From the IMG/VR virus record IMGVR_UViG_3300050128_000053, positions 1 to 64,000 of that record: 64,000 nt of DNA; one strand, 5' to 3'. Every line of letters begins with the position of its first letter. The first letter of the stretch is position 1. The position numbers and the translations under genes are program-made. This document shows positions 8,418 through 20,000 of the stretch, one piece after another. This stretch comes from a virus. Below the pieces are notes generated by a model. The model was not told the origin of the DNA, did not search any database, and saw only the letters and a list, made by a program, of their open reading frames with translations.

Positions 8418-9731
8418 TCAGACGCTAGAGCCGCGGCGCAGCACAGTGGTCAAGTGCTTGACGACGGCCGCCGCAATGGCATCGATCTCACTCTTCGACA
8501 TCCCACGAGCCGCTGCAGTCGACGGAGTGCTGGCAGGGCGGCGAACGGTCGCTGTCTTCTTAGCGGTCGCTACAGCCTCCTTCTTGGCCGGGCGCTTCTT
8601 GGTCGGAGCCCGCTTGGTGGCGGGCGCTGCGGGCTTCTTGGTACGAATGGGTTCCCCTGATTGCACCTGGAGGATCCGATCGATCACCATGGCCACCTTG
8701 ATCCCGCGTCCTGGGAGCACTCCAAAGGTTTCAGCAACCTTGTAGAACTCTGTCTTGTCGCGAAGGGCCAGTCGATTGAGCTTGTCCTCGGTGTACTGTC
8801 CAGGCTTCGGTGCTGCGGTCTTCGGTGCTGCGGTCTTTCGTGTTGGCGGCATTTCTTCCTCTTCCTCGTCTTCAGACTCTTCGTCTTCGGACGCATCGTC
8901 GTCGGCGAGGTCTTCCTCTTCCTCCTCGTCGTTCTCCTCTTCCTCGTCGAGATCGTCATCGTCCTCTTCAGCGACATCGTCCTCGTCTTCGGACTCTTCA
9001 AGGTCGTCCTCGTCTTCGGACTCTTCAAGGTCGTCCTCGTCTTCGGACTCTTCAAGGTCGTCCTCGTCTTCGATCTCCTCGGAGTCTTCTTCTTCCTCCT
9101 CCTCCTCCTCCTCCTTTTCTACGAAGACATCCTCGTCATCATCAAGGTCTTCATCGTCGAACTCCTCTTCTTCGAACTCCTCTTCTTCGAGGTCTTCCTC
9201 TTCATCGCTGGGGCGGGGCATATCAGGTGGCTCCTCTGTATTGTTTTCGGTTTCGAGTACAACTTTGTCAAGGCCGTCAAGAAGGGACTGGACCAGAATG
9301 TTTTTCCTGCGGGCTGCGACCACGGAAGCATATACGTAATCGTCTTCATCGGGGTTACCCAGAATGATGAGCCGGCTGAAGGGGTAAAGTGCCAGACTCG
9401 CCGCCATTCCTTTGTGGATGGAACTGTTCTCAGTGAGGCGCATGAGGTTGCCGAGAGCGTCCGTCATGAAAGGCTTGACACTCTCCTGCTCAAAGAACTC
9501 ATCATGTCCAACGAGCCCCAAGGTGTGACCTGACGTCAAGCAGTAATCTGCCAACTCGACCAATGTGTCAGTGAAGGCAGGCTCAACTGCGATAAGGAAC
9601 CTTATAGGGGCATTGCGATAGTCGCGGTGGTACGCATCAATCAAATCTGACAAGAGGGCCCGAACGTTGTCCCTATGAAGAGCGTCGGTACCGACAAACC
9701 CCAGAGTAAGAGACTGGCTTGAAGTTGCCAT
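8418..9731 (-). CDS. Protein with globular N-terminus, very long D/E tract and basic Lys/Ala/Pro-rich C-terminus
   Basis: 437 aa, AGGAGG RBS. Confidence 0.8.
   Translation of the reverse strand: MATSSQSLTLGFVGTDALHRDNVRALLSDLIDAYHRDYRNAPIRFLIAVEPAFTDTLVELADYCLTSGHTLGLVGHDEFFEQESVKPFMTDALGNLMRLTENSSIHKGMAASLALYPFSRLIILGNPDEDDYVYASVVAARRKNILVQSLLDGLDKVVLETENNTEEPPDMPRPSDEEEDLEEEEFEEEEFDDEDLDDDEDVFVEKEEEEEEEEEDSEEIEDEDDLEESEDEDDLEESEDEDDLEESEDEDDVAEEDDDDLDEEEENDEEEEEDLADDDASEDEESEDEEEEEMPPTRKTAAPKTAAPKPGQYTEDKLNRLALRDKTEFYKVAETFGVLPGRGIKVAMVIDRILQVQSGEPIRTKKPAAPATKRAPTKKRPAKKEAVATAKKTATVRRPASTPSTAAARGMSKSEIDAIAAAVVKHLTTVLRRGSSV
8977..9072. repeat. 27-bp tandem repeat, about 3.5 copies (EDEDDLEES)
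   Basis: TCGTCCTCGTCTTCGGACTCTTCAAGG repeated. Confidence 0.85.
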
Positions 9732-9776
9732 TTACTGCGGTTTCCTCCTGATTGAAATGAACCATCCTTGAGTGCT

Positions 9777-9812
9777 GGGGGGAGAGGGATCCTCGCATTT
9801 CCCTCTCCCCCC
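9777..9812. terminator. 13-bp perfect hairpin between the structural operon and the acidic-protein gene
   Basis: GGGGGGAGAGGGA-10nt-TCCCTCTCCCCCC; no U-tract. Confidence 0.45.
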
Positions 9813-9916
9813 ACTCCACCTGCTACTGCGTGCGATGGCAACTGAGTCCCTGCAAAGGTCCAAGCCCATCCATCACCAGCTGCAAGCAGTTACCCTAATC
9901 AAACCTTTCCCACCCG

Positions 9917-10204
9917 TCAACCCGGTCCCCTCCGAGCATCCCGAAGAGTCTGACGAACTGTTCGATCTCCTAAGACAATGAGGAGCCTGACGACTCGGTG
10001 CACGGCAATCGAAAGTCCAGCAGCCGCCGCAGCATAGATAATCGCCTCATCTGGTCTTTTGGTCCCAAAACGCCAAAGCGAACAGGCCAGGGTGAGCGCC
10101 ACGACCAAAACCATCTTGATGGCCGGCGGCACTGTTTTCGGCCAAATCTGCTTGATGAACTGGACAACAAAAAAAGCTGCCAGAGCCGCTACTACCAGGA
10201 TCAT
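9917..10204 (-). CDS. Small membrane protein, holin-like
   Basis: Three hydrophobic segments, basic C-terminus. Confidence 0.55.
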   Translation of the reverse strand: MILVVAALAAFFVVQFIKQIWPKTVPPAIKMVLVVALTLACSLWRFGTKRPDEAIIYAAAAAGLSIAVHRVVRLLIVLGDRTVRQTLRDARRGPG

Positions 10205-10243
10205 GAGCGCCTTCTAGATGTATGTGAAATGAGTGAAACCAGA

Positions 10244-13200
10244 CTAACCGTTCAAGCCTGCATTGGCGAATGCGCTTGCCCCGATGAAGAGGCTGAATGT
10301 ACTACCGATGGGAATGTAGTCAGGAAGAGCCTCGACAAGGCGAGCTAGCCTCACCTCGAGTTTCGGGTAGTAATCAGACGGTGATTGGTTTGGTGTGCCC
10401 TCGAAAAGGTAATCAGTAGCCGGATTGAAGTTGGCATCGAAATAGGGCAGTACAGCTGCGGAAGCCTCAAAGAGGACGGCGCCGAGGTAATGGGACGCTG
10501 GCCCTGAGGCACTTCCAGCTAAGGTCACGATGGCGTACTGCGCAGTTGAAGGAGCGGGTTGATTGATCAGCTGAAACTGCGTAAAGACACCGGCTTCCTC
10601 GGCGAACTCCTCAAGCGGTAACGGTGTCGAAGAAAGCAGCACGTTGGATTTGTTGTAGAACGAAACACTGATCGTCACATTCTCAGCGAGCAACGTGACG
10701 GGTCGAAGGTAACAGGAGAAGGAATAGGCCTTCCCATCGTTCACGGGCAGTTCTCCAGTCGAAACCGAAAAAGCCCCTGCGCCATTGGAGGTGATGACAA
10801 AGCCGCCTGAGGTCGTAACTGGCCAAATAACAGGCGCAGAAGAGGAAGCGATGCCCCCCACCGACGCTGTCCACCCATAGGTACCACCGAGCCCAACCGG
10901 ATTAGGTATCGAGTTCTGGCGCACTGGGAAAAGGTTCACCTGGATATCGCGAGGTGGAGTCCAAGTGGATCCAAGTGGAACTGCCCCACTGCCGATGGCA
11001 TCGAATAGGTGGTTGTCCCCTGCCAACGTGCCGACTGAGGAAACTGTGCGCCCATACGTGATGGCTCCAGGGGGCGGCGCTGTCGCAGGCACCAAGAGAC
11101 GCTTCCACTCACCCGCTACCTCAGTCACCGATGCCCCGACTGTCGAAGAGATCAGCACACCGTTTTGGCCGTACCAATCGAGTTGAGCGAAGAACTCTTG
11201 CAGAACCACATTTGCCGGATCGGGCTGCACATGAACGTAATACGAGACCTCTTGTCCATCGGCCGGTATGGGTATCCCAAGCACTGGAGCATTAAAAGGC
11301 GTACAGGTCGAAAAGACAGCCTGGTAAGTCTCGTCGGATCCTACCCAGGTGTCAGAAACAAGAGTAGGACTGCTCAGCGAACTACCACCACTCCCACTCA
11401 AAGTCGTAAACCCCGTGATCCCACCGAAGAGCAACATGCCTGCGGCGCTTGAGTCGTAGACCATCATTGCTTGCGTTCTCGGAAGCGGTGATACCACGGC
11501 CGGCAGAAGAACCCATTCAGTCCCATTCCACGTCCACGAATCGGTGAAGAGGTCGTTGTCGTTGTCATTACCGCCGAAAAGAACTGTCACACCCAAAGTG
11601 GCGTCGTACGACATATTCGCCGACATCCGCTTTTTCGGAAAGGGACCAGTGGAAGGAGTGACATTGTTCCAAGTAGTCCCGCTCCATTCCCATACGTCAT
11701 TGAGCACATCACCGGTAGCGCCCATGCCACCGAAGACAACAAGAACGCCTCGACCTGAGTCATACGCGTATGCTGCGCCAGCTCGTGGCGTTGGACTCGT
11801 CACTGGGTTGAGTTGGGTCCAGGCTGTCTCATTCCATTGCCAGGTGTCATTCAGCACACCACCACTAGAACTCATGCCGCCGAAAAGGATTGAATCCACC
11901 CCGCTCGTAATGCGGAACACAGCCTGCGACCGCTCTGGTGGAGTCAAACCGGTAATGATCTCGGCCCAAGTGGTCCCGTTCCACGACCAGAAGTCATTAC
12001 GCGCTGACCCACTCGAATCTATTCCCCCGAACAGGTAAACCAAAGAAGCTGTTGGGTCGTGTGTCATATTGGTGTACATCCGAGCTGGCGGCGATGCCGC
12101 AGGCGCCTGTTCAACCCAAGTAGTCCCGTTCCAAACCCACGTATCGCCAGCAGGATTCCCAGAAGCAAGAAGACCGCCGAACAATACGACATTGCCCAAT
12201 ACGTTGGCCACCGCAATCCCTGCGCCAGCTCGAGCAGCAGGAGAGGTCGTTAGGCTCTGTCTGGTCCATGTGAATGCGCCGCCCGCCGTCACAATCATCA
12301 TGTTCTCGTTGTTCACAGGCAAATACCCTGCCGTCGCAATGGGCAACGCCAAAGGAACAGGGGAATACACAGTGGCATGTTGGGGAGTTACCCCTGCAGC
12401 CGCCGAAGAAATGAGTCCCAACGTCGTACCGTTGTTCAATGGTTGCCAATGACCAGTTGATTCGTCAAAGGCACAGTCGTCCAGTTGGATCTCCAGATTG
12501 CCCCCTATGGTGACCTGAGCCCCATAACCAGAAAAGGCCGAAGCTGCAGCCTCAACGCCGATAGCTGTTCCCTTGTTCTTGTAGAGGAAAACAGCATTCT
12601 TCACCAGGACGCGAGACCGTGTCATACCAAGTTCGGGCTCATACCCCATACCAAAGTTCGCACCGAGAACCGGAAGCAGAACGCCCGAGACAAGGTCACC
12701 GTTATTGAGGTTGACCAGAGTCTCGATCTCTGAACGAATCCAGTTCATCTCAAAGCCGAGTAGTCCCAAGAACTGCCTAAGAGGTGCAGACAAAGCTCCA
12801 GTCGGACCAGTTACCCGAATGTCCTCGGCGAGATAGAACTGAGGCAGCCACTGGGCAAACAAGTCTTCAAATCCGTAATCGGTCAGAACAAGTCCTTGAG
12901 CTGCGCCAACGATCACGTACTCGTCTATCTGCGGCGTGGCCTGCTCTGGGTAAAGGGCAAAGAGGGCGTAGTAATAGATGAGCCCAGACTGGAGATTGGT
13001 GTCGATGAACTGCGAGGAGAACCCCTGCGGAGTGGCCTGTTGATATTCGGCGAGAACGGGTTCCCCATCGAATATGCTCGTCGGCGTCCCATACGAAGAC
13101 CGCATGAGAACTTGACCCAGGATCCCATTGATCGGTGTCCACCTCACCCCTAAGGTGTCGTAGTAATAGGGCGTAACAGTGAGAGTGGTCCCTATGACGC

Positions 13201-13273
13201 TCGATGGTGGCGAACCCCAAACGGTTTCGCCGAAAATGGCGTTGCCCCAAGGGGCGTAGTTACTAGTCGGCAT
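10244..13273 (-). CDS. Baseplate wedge/tail protein (P2 gpI-like N-terminus) with Kelch beta-propeller and carbohydrate-binding-like domains
   Basis: LYKNKGTAIGV motif; six LFGG...DTWxWNGTTW repeats. Confidence 0.8.
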   Translation of the reverse strand: MPTSNYAPWGNAIFGETVWGSPPSSVIGTTLTVTPYYYDTLGVRWTPINGILGQVLMRSSYGTPTSIFDGEPVLAEYQQATPQGFSSQFIDTNLQSGLIYYYALFALYPEQATPQIDEYVIVGAAQGLVLTDYGFEDLFAQWLPQFYLAEDIRVTGPTGALSAPLRQFLGLLGFEMNWIRSEIETLVNLNNGDLVSGVLLPVLGANFGMGYEPELGMTRSRVLVKNAVFLYKNKGTAIGVEAAASAFSGYGAQVTIGGNLEIQLDDCAFDESTGHWQPLNNGTTLGLISSAAAGVTPQHATVYSPVPLALPIATAGYLPVNNENMMIVTAGGAFTWTRQSLTTSPAARAGAGIAVANVLGNVVLFGGLLASGNPAGDTWVWNGTTWVEQAPAASPPARMYTNMTHDPTASLVYLFGGIDSSGSARNDFWSWNGTTWAEIITGLTPPERSQAVFRITSGVDSILFGGMSSSGGVLNDTWQWNETAWTQLNPVTSPTPRAGAAYAYDSGRGVLVVFGGMGATGDVLNDVWEWSGTTWNNVTPSTGPFPKKRMSANMSYDATLGVTVLFGGNDNDNDLFTDSWTWNGTEWVLLPAVVSPLPRTQAMMVYDSSAAGMLLFGGITGFTTLSGSGGSSLSSPTLVSDTWVGSDETYQAVFSTCTPFNAPVLGIPIPADGQEVSYYVHVQPDPANVVLQEFFAQLDWYGQNGVLISSTVGASVTEVAGEWKRLLVPATAPPPGAITYGRTVSSVGTLAGDNHLFDAIGSGAVPLGSTWTPPRDIQVNLFPVRQNSIPNPVGLGGTYGWTASVGGIASSSAPVIWPVTTSGGFVITSNGAGAFSVSTGELPVNDGKAYSFSCYLRPVTLLAENVTISVSFYNKSNVLLSSTPLPLEEFAEEAGVFTQFQLINQPAPSTAQYAIVTLAGSASGPASHYLGAVLFEASAAVLPYFDANFNPATDYLFEGTPNQSPSDYYPKLEVRLARLVEALPDYIPIGSTFSLFIGASAFANAGLNG

Positions 13274-13276
13274 CGA

Positions 13277-14479
13277 CTAGATGTGGACGTACCAGAAGCC
13301 ACCAAAAATGGGCAACGGCAGAGTGTTCGGTACCTGTGGAACAGAACCAAGAGGACCTTCAACTGGCACAGCCATATCACTGTAGGTGTTACTACCAGTT
13401 TCGAAGAGACCAAAGATCCCAGGGTAAGGGGAGAAACTGTTATAACCATCAACAGGATTAGAAACTGGTCCGACCCCCACAGGAAAAGCCCCGCTTGTCG
13501 GTGCTGGAAGATTGAAGGTACTTGAAGCGTTCCCGTTCCCATGGGGGAAAATGGTGAACGTATACGAACCAGTCGCTACGGTTGTTGACAACTGTATTGA
13601 ACTGCCAGAGAGATTCTCAATGGTGGTCGCAAACGCAGTTCCACTGGGATCCGGCACACCCTCGATGTCAAACCCTGGAATCGTCCAGAGTGGATTTGGA
13701 GGAAGACTGCCTGTTCCCTTGAAAGGAGTATTCCCCCCAGCCGCAGGAGTGATGAGGTTGGTACCGTTACCGGTTCCTTGGAAAGATTGAGAAACGGCGG
13801 CCATTAGAGCGGCATACGTCGCCCTTGATTCAGCACTCCCATCAGCCAAAAGGAATCCATACGATGGCATCATGGCTGATGAAAACTTCAGATCCCCTGG
13901 CTGCCAGCCCTCATTCACCCAGCCGATGCCCGACGGAGAACTAAACGAGTTGGCTCCCACCTGGAGAATCTGGAAGGGCTCGCCCGCAGAAAGAAGAATG
14001 GCATTGCCCTCCACATTCGCGACGATGAGCTGTCCTTGCGCATTAAGAACCTCAGAGAGATCGTTCAATGTGAATGTAATAGGACCCGATCGACCGTCAA
14101 AGGTCTTCACACCCACGTGAACATGGCCAGCATCAGCCGCCAACTCTGTTTCTCCAGCGGCGGCATTTGCGCCCACGGGTTGAATCGCCACCGAACTGGT
14201 GTTGATCACGACGTTGTCGGCGATGATCGCCTCGTCATAGACCAGGCGGGCGGTAATGGTATCGAAGAACTGGCCAGCCTCTTCCGAATAGAGAGGGTTG
14301 GCGGCAATCGACCCACCAGTGGTTGAACCATTACCAAAGCCGATTCCCTGCTCGAGAGCGAGGATCGCCGAAGCCCAAAAGTTGCCAAAGGACGCGTCGA
14401 TGTACTGCGTGTCATCTTGGTAAGGGGTCCCGGGAATCGGGTAGTCGTACCCTTGCGGCCATTGTGATGATGTAGCCAT
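13277..14479 (-). CDS. Tail fibre/collar-domain protein
   Basis: PGDLKF...GFLLADGSAESRATYAAL...STFNLP collar motif. Confidence 0.75.
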   Translation of the reverse strand: MATSSQWPQGYDYPIPGTPYQDDTQYIDASFGNFWASAILALEQGIGFGNGSTTGGSIAANPLYSEEAGQFFDTITARLVYDEAIIADNVVINTSSVAIQPVGANAAAGETELAADAGHVHVGVKTFDGRSGPITFTLNDLSEVLNAQGQLIVANVEGNAILLSAGEPFQILQVGANSFSSPSGIGWVNEGWQPGDLKFSSAMMPSYGFLLADGSAESRATYAALMAAVSQSFQGTGNGTNLITPAAGGNTPFKGTGSLPPNPLWTIPGFDIEGVPDPSGTAFATTIENLSGSSIQLSTTVATGSYTFTIFPHGNGNASSTFNLPAPTSGAFPVGVGPVSNPVDGYNSFSPYPGIFGLFETGSNTYSDMAVPVEGPLGSVPQVPNTLPLPIFGGFWYVHI

Positions 14480-14490
14480 TTCAGTCTCCC

Positions 14491-16242
14491 TTATGACCCT
14501 GCGAGCCCGCCGCTCGTGGTAAAGACGAAAGCACCCGCCACAGGGATCTCGTTCTCAAGGAGTACGCAGTCCGACGTCCCTGAGGTGTCTTGGATGGCAG
14601 TCCCCACAGTGTAAGTGGCATTAGCCACAAAACTGTTCACCGGGATGGACGTTGCCCCTGCAGGAGCACCGCCCGAAGAGACGATGACAGATTGCGTCGG
14701 TGAGGTAGCCAGAGAGTTCAGGACAATCTGATCCCCACCGAAGACCGCCTCGGGAAGTTCAGAGACCGAAAGCGTGGTGTACGTGTCGCCATTAGTGAGA
14801 GCGGACGTAAGCATGGCCAACATCTGACGGTTGAGGGACGTCACAAAGGCGTAGTTCACGCCGGCTTGGGCAAGGATCGTCTGATAGATGATGCCCAATG
14901 CCACGCGGAACCCGAATCCTGTATTCACAAGAGCAAGTAATGTGGCGAGCGCATTTGTCACCAGGGTCTGTGTGGCTGTGTTGCCGTAAGTAGGGAGTAC
15001 GAACAGCTCAACTGCGATATTGATGGGTACGTAGGTCGGATCCATAATGGTCACAGTCGTGTTCGCCATGACCACTGCATCAATAGAGGACTGCACCGTT
15101 GCCACAAGGGCGGCTGTGGGATTACCACCACCAGCCGGCGCAATGAAGAGATTGACCAGTTGATACGTTGCCTGCTGCGCCGAGGCCCACTGCACACTCG
15201 AGGGGGAAGCCTGTAGGGCCAATGTCTCAATGTCATCAACAGTGACAGCCCGGTTGTTCGTACGCAATGACGCTGGGGCGCTCGCTCTGATGGACTGGAT
15301 TGACTGCGCTGGAGCACCTCCAGTAGCAGCGGACGGGTTCGTCACCGATGACAATCCGACAATGGCCGCCAAAGGCTCGACAATGGTCTGTGCCGCCACA
15401 TTCCCAATAGACCCGGAGTTGGTCTGGTACGTACAAGTGATCGGGCTACCAAGCGGCGGCACGTATCCGTTAATGCCGTCCCCAAAGATCAGATAGAACA
15501 CCTGATTCGCGTCAACGAAATACGTGTAAACCTGATCGTAGGGCCCAGAAAGAATCAAGCTCTGCACGTAGGTCCAAAGCTGTGGGCCATTACCCAGGTC
15601 AACGTAGACCTCGGTCGAGGGCACCCCACCCAGAGTGGCGGATTGGCTGACTGGATTGTAGAGGAGGGCGTACGTCTGATTGATCGCTCCATTTGAAGTA
15701 CCAACCGGCTGATCCGTATAGGTGTTCCCCTGTGCTGCTTGCACGAAGCCAACACCAGCACCAGAAGACGGTGTGGCCACATTAAGCGGCTGAATGACCA
15801 ACGCTTCAATAGTTGAGAAAACCACAGGAGGAACAGTGACCGAAGCCAGCGTCGAGAACTCCGTACCGGCAGGAATCGTTACCGGTGTGCTGAGTGTGGG
15901 AGAAATAACGATTTGAAGCAAGACCGAAGCAGCGGTTGAAAGCCCCGGCTGATAATCGAGCATGGCTGCAAGGTTGAGGACTGAAGATGCTTGAGTAGCT
16001 GTCTGTATGAATGCCTCTCCAGCCAAACGGTCACAGTAGTACCCGAGGAGGTCACCCACGTAGCTGTAGAGCTGTAAGAGGACCACCCCGAAATCTGCAT
16101 TCGATGTCGAAGTCCACTCGGGGAGAAATAGTGTCTTGCGCGCCATGAGATCAGCAAAGATCGAGGCGTAATCCCTCGATGAATAGTCAAAGACAGGGTA
16201 AGGGCCATTGTTCGGGCTCGCTGTGTCGGAGACGAAGGTCAT
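14491..16242 (-). CDS. Baseplate J-like wedge protein
   Basis: DYSSRDY, PEWT..ADFGVVL, RAVTVDDIE. Confidence 0.85.
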   Translation of the reverse strand: MTFVSDTASPNNGPYPVFDYSSRDYASIFADLMARKTLFLPEWTSTSNADFGVVLLQLYSYVGDLLGYYCDRLAGEAFIQTATQASSVLNLAAMLDYQPGLSTAASVLLQIVISPTLSTPVTIPAGTEFSTLASVTVPPVVFSTIEALVIQPLNVATPSSGAGVGFVQAAQGNTYTDQPVGTSNGAINQTYALLYNPVSQSATLGGVPSTEVYVDLGNGPQLWTYVQSLILSGPYDQVYTYFVDANQVFYLIFGDGINGYVPPLGSPITCTYQTNSGSIGNVAAQTIVEPLAAIVGLSSVTNPSAATGGAPAQSIQSIRASAPASLRTNNRAVTVDDIETLALQASPSSVQWASAQQATYQLVNLFIAPAGGGNPTAALVATVQSSIDAVVMANTTVTIMDPTYVPINIAVELFVLPTYGNTATQTLVTNALATLLALVNTGFGFRVALGIIYQTILAQAGVNYAFVTSLNRQMLAMLTSALTNGDTYTTLSVSELPEAVFGGDQIVLNSLATSPTQSVIVSSGGAPAGATSIPVNSFVANATYTVGTAIQDTSGTSDCVLLENEIPVAGAFVFTTSGGLAGS

Positions 16243-16964
16243 TATGGCGCAACCACCTGTTGAACGCTACCACCGGTCGAAATCGTAATCGTGTTCACTT
16301 TGTTGAAGGGCGCTACAGCAAAAGCCACTGTGATCAACAGGATGCCCGTATCCTGTTGCTGGCCGCTCGTCGAGTTCACAGTAACACTCAACACATTGAC
16401 CGCCGGCTCCCATTGTTGGATTTCGGCACTGAGATCGGCCGCCATCACTTGCATGATCGGCGAGCCGAGAGGAGCAAAGAGTGCCTTTTCAACCCTGCTC
16501 CCGAAGGTTGGGATCATGATGCGCTCGCCCACCGCAGTCAGGACGATGGTCTCGATGTGTTGCGCCAAGATATCCACATAGTTGGAAAGGTAGGCCAGTG
16601 CCCCGGTCGTGGCATCGAACTGAAAGGGAAGTGCTATCTCACTTCCAGTAGGCAGTTCAGCTACCAGCGGCGTCAATACCGCCTGAGGAACAGGCTCGAG
16701 AATGACGTTCAAACCATACGCCCAAGGTCCACTATTACCGTGAGTATCGGTAATGATCCCCGAAGCGCTGTATGCACCGAGAAGAAGGAACCCAGCAGAG
16801 GTGACAAGACCAGTAGGCGAAACAGTGAAAGCCGAAGAAGGCACAGTCGTATCGAAAAAGAAGGGTGGAGTCGAATCAAGAACTGTCAGTTGATCTTGAA
16901 ATACATTGCTCTCGGTCGGGATAACCGATCCGGTCAGCGGAGCGCCTTGAACGAGCACAGTCAT
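16242..16964 (-). CDS. gp25/GPW-like sheath initiator with N-terminal Ig-like extension
   Basis: TAVGERIMIPTFGS..LF..QWEPAV. Confidence 0.85.
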   Translation of the reverse strand: MTVLVQGAPLTGSVIPTESNVFQDQLTVLDSTPPFFFDTTVPSSAFTVSPTGLVTSAGFLLLGAYSASGIITDTHGNSGPWAYGLNVILEPVPQAVLTPLVAELPTGSEIALPFQFDATTGALAYLSNYVDILAQHIETIVLTAVGERIMIPTFGSRVEKALFAPLGSPIMQVMAADLSAEIQQWEPAVNVLSVTVNSTSGQQQDTGILLITVAFAVAPFNKVNTITISTGGSVQQVVAP

Positions 16965-17001
16965 GACATCATCCTATTTCACCGGCATTATGCGCCATCT
17001 T

Positions 17002-20000
17002 TCAAAGGTCCAAAGGAAACGAGAGTCCGTCAATATCGCCGCCAGCTGCCGTCTGCGGCTTCACGTTGCCCGAAGTGTCAACCTGCACGTTACCGCCGTC
17101 AAGGTCTTTGTTGGTGATGGGGTGATAGCCCGCAGGCAGCGTGAATGCTGTCCCCGGCGTGGTGCCACCGGACATGAAGCCTCCTAGTTGAACAGTCTTA
17201 CCATCGGGCGTGAGGCGAAAACTCGGTGAAGCGTACCCGTTGCCGAAGTTGGCCCAACTGTTCTTAAAGCCGACCCCACCCACGACGGCGATCCACGGAC
17301 TCGCCGGGAGGTACGAACTGACACAGTGCCAGTTCGTGCCGTCCGACATAATGATCGCTCCCCCACCGGGCGGCAGTGTTGCCGGTCCGGTGTAGCTCCC
17401 CGTGCCAGCAACAATGGTGATCGTGCCCGACCCTTCGTTTGTCACAATGAGGATCTGTTCTAGCGCGAACTGAGTCAACGTGACCGTGAACGAGTTGGCC
17501 GTACAGCGTGTCCACAGGTCGTTGATAATGGTGCTGTAGTTCGCTGTCTTCGATACTGAGTGAAGGACTAACAGCCCATTAAGCGTCGTCTCAAACGTGG
17601 AAATAAAGTTCGTCGTGTTACCTGTCTCAACCAAGGCACCAAAGAGATAGGCACTTCCTGGGACTGACAGGGCGTTGTACGAGACGAATGGATACCAGAG
17701 GGCAGCAAAGGTGCCGAGTTGATTAAGGGGAAGGAACTGAGAGCCGTTGGACTGCGACCCTGCAAAGTACACATACGGGCAGTTGGCATTCGTCCACCCC
17801 AACAAGTTGGCCGAGAAGGTGATGTTGCCGCCGTTCTGCTGACCACAGATACTGAAGGCGGGATTAGCCGGTGTTCCGTTGCTCCATGTCCAGTAGCAGG
17901 CTGGGTCGATTTCCCAACTCCCGCCATTGGTAATGGCAATATGGGCCACTGAGACGAACTCGATAGGTGATGCCTCCATCTTGATGCCAACCCAACCGTC
18001 TCCGTTCGTCGTCACGTCCTGCATCATCCCGACTTGGCTGAAACCCATGTGTGTTCGACTGAACAGAACGTTCTCTACCGCCGTGTTGGCAGCGAGTCGG
18101 GCAGATGACCGTGTGTTCCCAACCAGGTTGCAGTTGTAGAAGGCGAAATCGAAGGCGTTGTTGGTATCGAACAGAACACCGTCATAGTTGCCGCCCACGA
18201 TGGTGTCGTAAACCGTCACGTGTTCAGCGTCTTCACCAAACACGATGCCCTGGTTGAACCCCTGGACGAAGCACCGACGCATGATCGAGTCGTGCGCGTC
18301 GGGGGAAGAGGCGCCCCCGAACTGAACGCCGTGCCCTCCGAAGTAGATGGTGGCCGCCGTGAGCGGCGCCGTGTAGGTGCCGATGACACTGGCCGTTCCG
18401 GGGTTGAGAGCGCTAGTGACGGTGACGGAGTTCCACGTCTTCGACGCCACGGTCCAAGTTGAGTTGTATGCGCTCGGAGTGAAGCCGCTCAGGGTGATCG
18501 TGCCCCCGACCGAGAGGTTGTGGAACCCAGCAAAGCTGACGGTGAAGTTTGATGCTCCCGACGTGATCCCGGTGATGAGGACACCTAATGCGGCAGCGGA
18601 CAGGGTGATGGTGTTCGCCCCCGTGTTGACCGAGGCGACCGTCACGTCGGCGGGAATGCTAGGACCAGCGATGAGCGCCCCCACCATGTCGGTGGTAGCT
18701 GCCAATGTCGAGAGCTGCACCGTGGTGCCGTTGATCGTGACGGTCCCGTTCGTCTCCTCCGTCGCCACGGCGGTTCCCGAGAAACAAATGCCGATGACCT
18801 CGGACCCGCCCGTCTGGTACTCGAAGAACGCCTGCATCCCAAGCAGTGCTGCTGACGTAGTGGGGGCAAATATGCTGCCATAGAGAGCAGATGAGGACGT
18901 GTAACGGTTCCAGTTCCCCCAGATGGTAACGGCTCGGGTGTGCGGGGTGATCGAACTGAAGAAGTACACACCATCGGGAACCCAAATGACTGACCCTAGT
19001 GGGACACTGTTGTAAAAGGTGTTCCAGGCTGATGCGTTGTCTGCGTTGGACGGGAGGACGCCGTATGCCTGACAGTTGTAGACCTGGCCATCGGGTCCAA
19101 CAGGAGTGCCGCCAATCGAGTTGGCAGCAAAGGTCCCAGACGGGGGAACCACATCGGTAAAGGTCGAAGAAAGAGATGACCCCGCCGCCTCCACTCCAAC
19201 ACAGGTGGTCGACGACACCGCTCCTTGGATGAAGTTGGTGAATGAAGACCCCGCCCCACCAATGGTCAGCACACCACCCGAAACATTCGCCCCAGCTGTC
19301 GCGACCGTCGTCTCAAGAATGACTGGGAACCCGGTCTGCCCTGAGTCGTTCTGATAATACTTGCAGTTCACGAAGTTCGACATAGCGTGCCCCGATGCAC
19401 CAGAGCGATCAATCAGAGCATTAGCCGAAACCGTTGTATAGAGCGAATCGAAATAGCAACCGTTGAACTGATTGCCACCACCGTCCTGCACGTTCGATGT
19501 GTCAGCAAGGCCCCCACTGCCCTCAGTGAAGTGAATGCCGTTATAGATGCCGCCGCTATTAAGAGCCTTGGTGCCGTTGACGATGCGACCGGCAGACATC
19601 GTCCAATCGGACCCGTTCACCCGAAGGGCAAGTGCCGTAGTGGTTTGATAGGACGCCTGTCCTGAGATCCTAAAGATCGTCCAAAGGGCACGCTTCGCTG
19701 ACTCCGAGTCCACTGTACAAACGGTCCCACCAAACGCTCCTATGGACGTATTGATGCAGTCGTTTCCCTGCACCATTATCGCTGTCTCTGAGGTGGTCCC
19801 AGCATTGACATTCCCGTTCTTCAAACCAGAGCCGTTGTTGGCCAGCACGACCAAACTGCTCGGAGGTGAGTTCGGGTTGGGCAAGAGAACTGTCCCGCTG
19901 AGAGGAGTACTGACCCCCTGACTCATTCCAGCCATCTTCAGGAACACGCCTTGAGGCGGGATCACAGGTGTCATCACGTACACAGGTCCCGGCGGCACCA

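Noticed and set aside
8661-9533. Long plus-strand ORFs (Leu/Val/Phe-rich or Ser-rich)
   Set aside because: Antisense shadows of the acidic low-complexity gene
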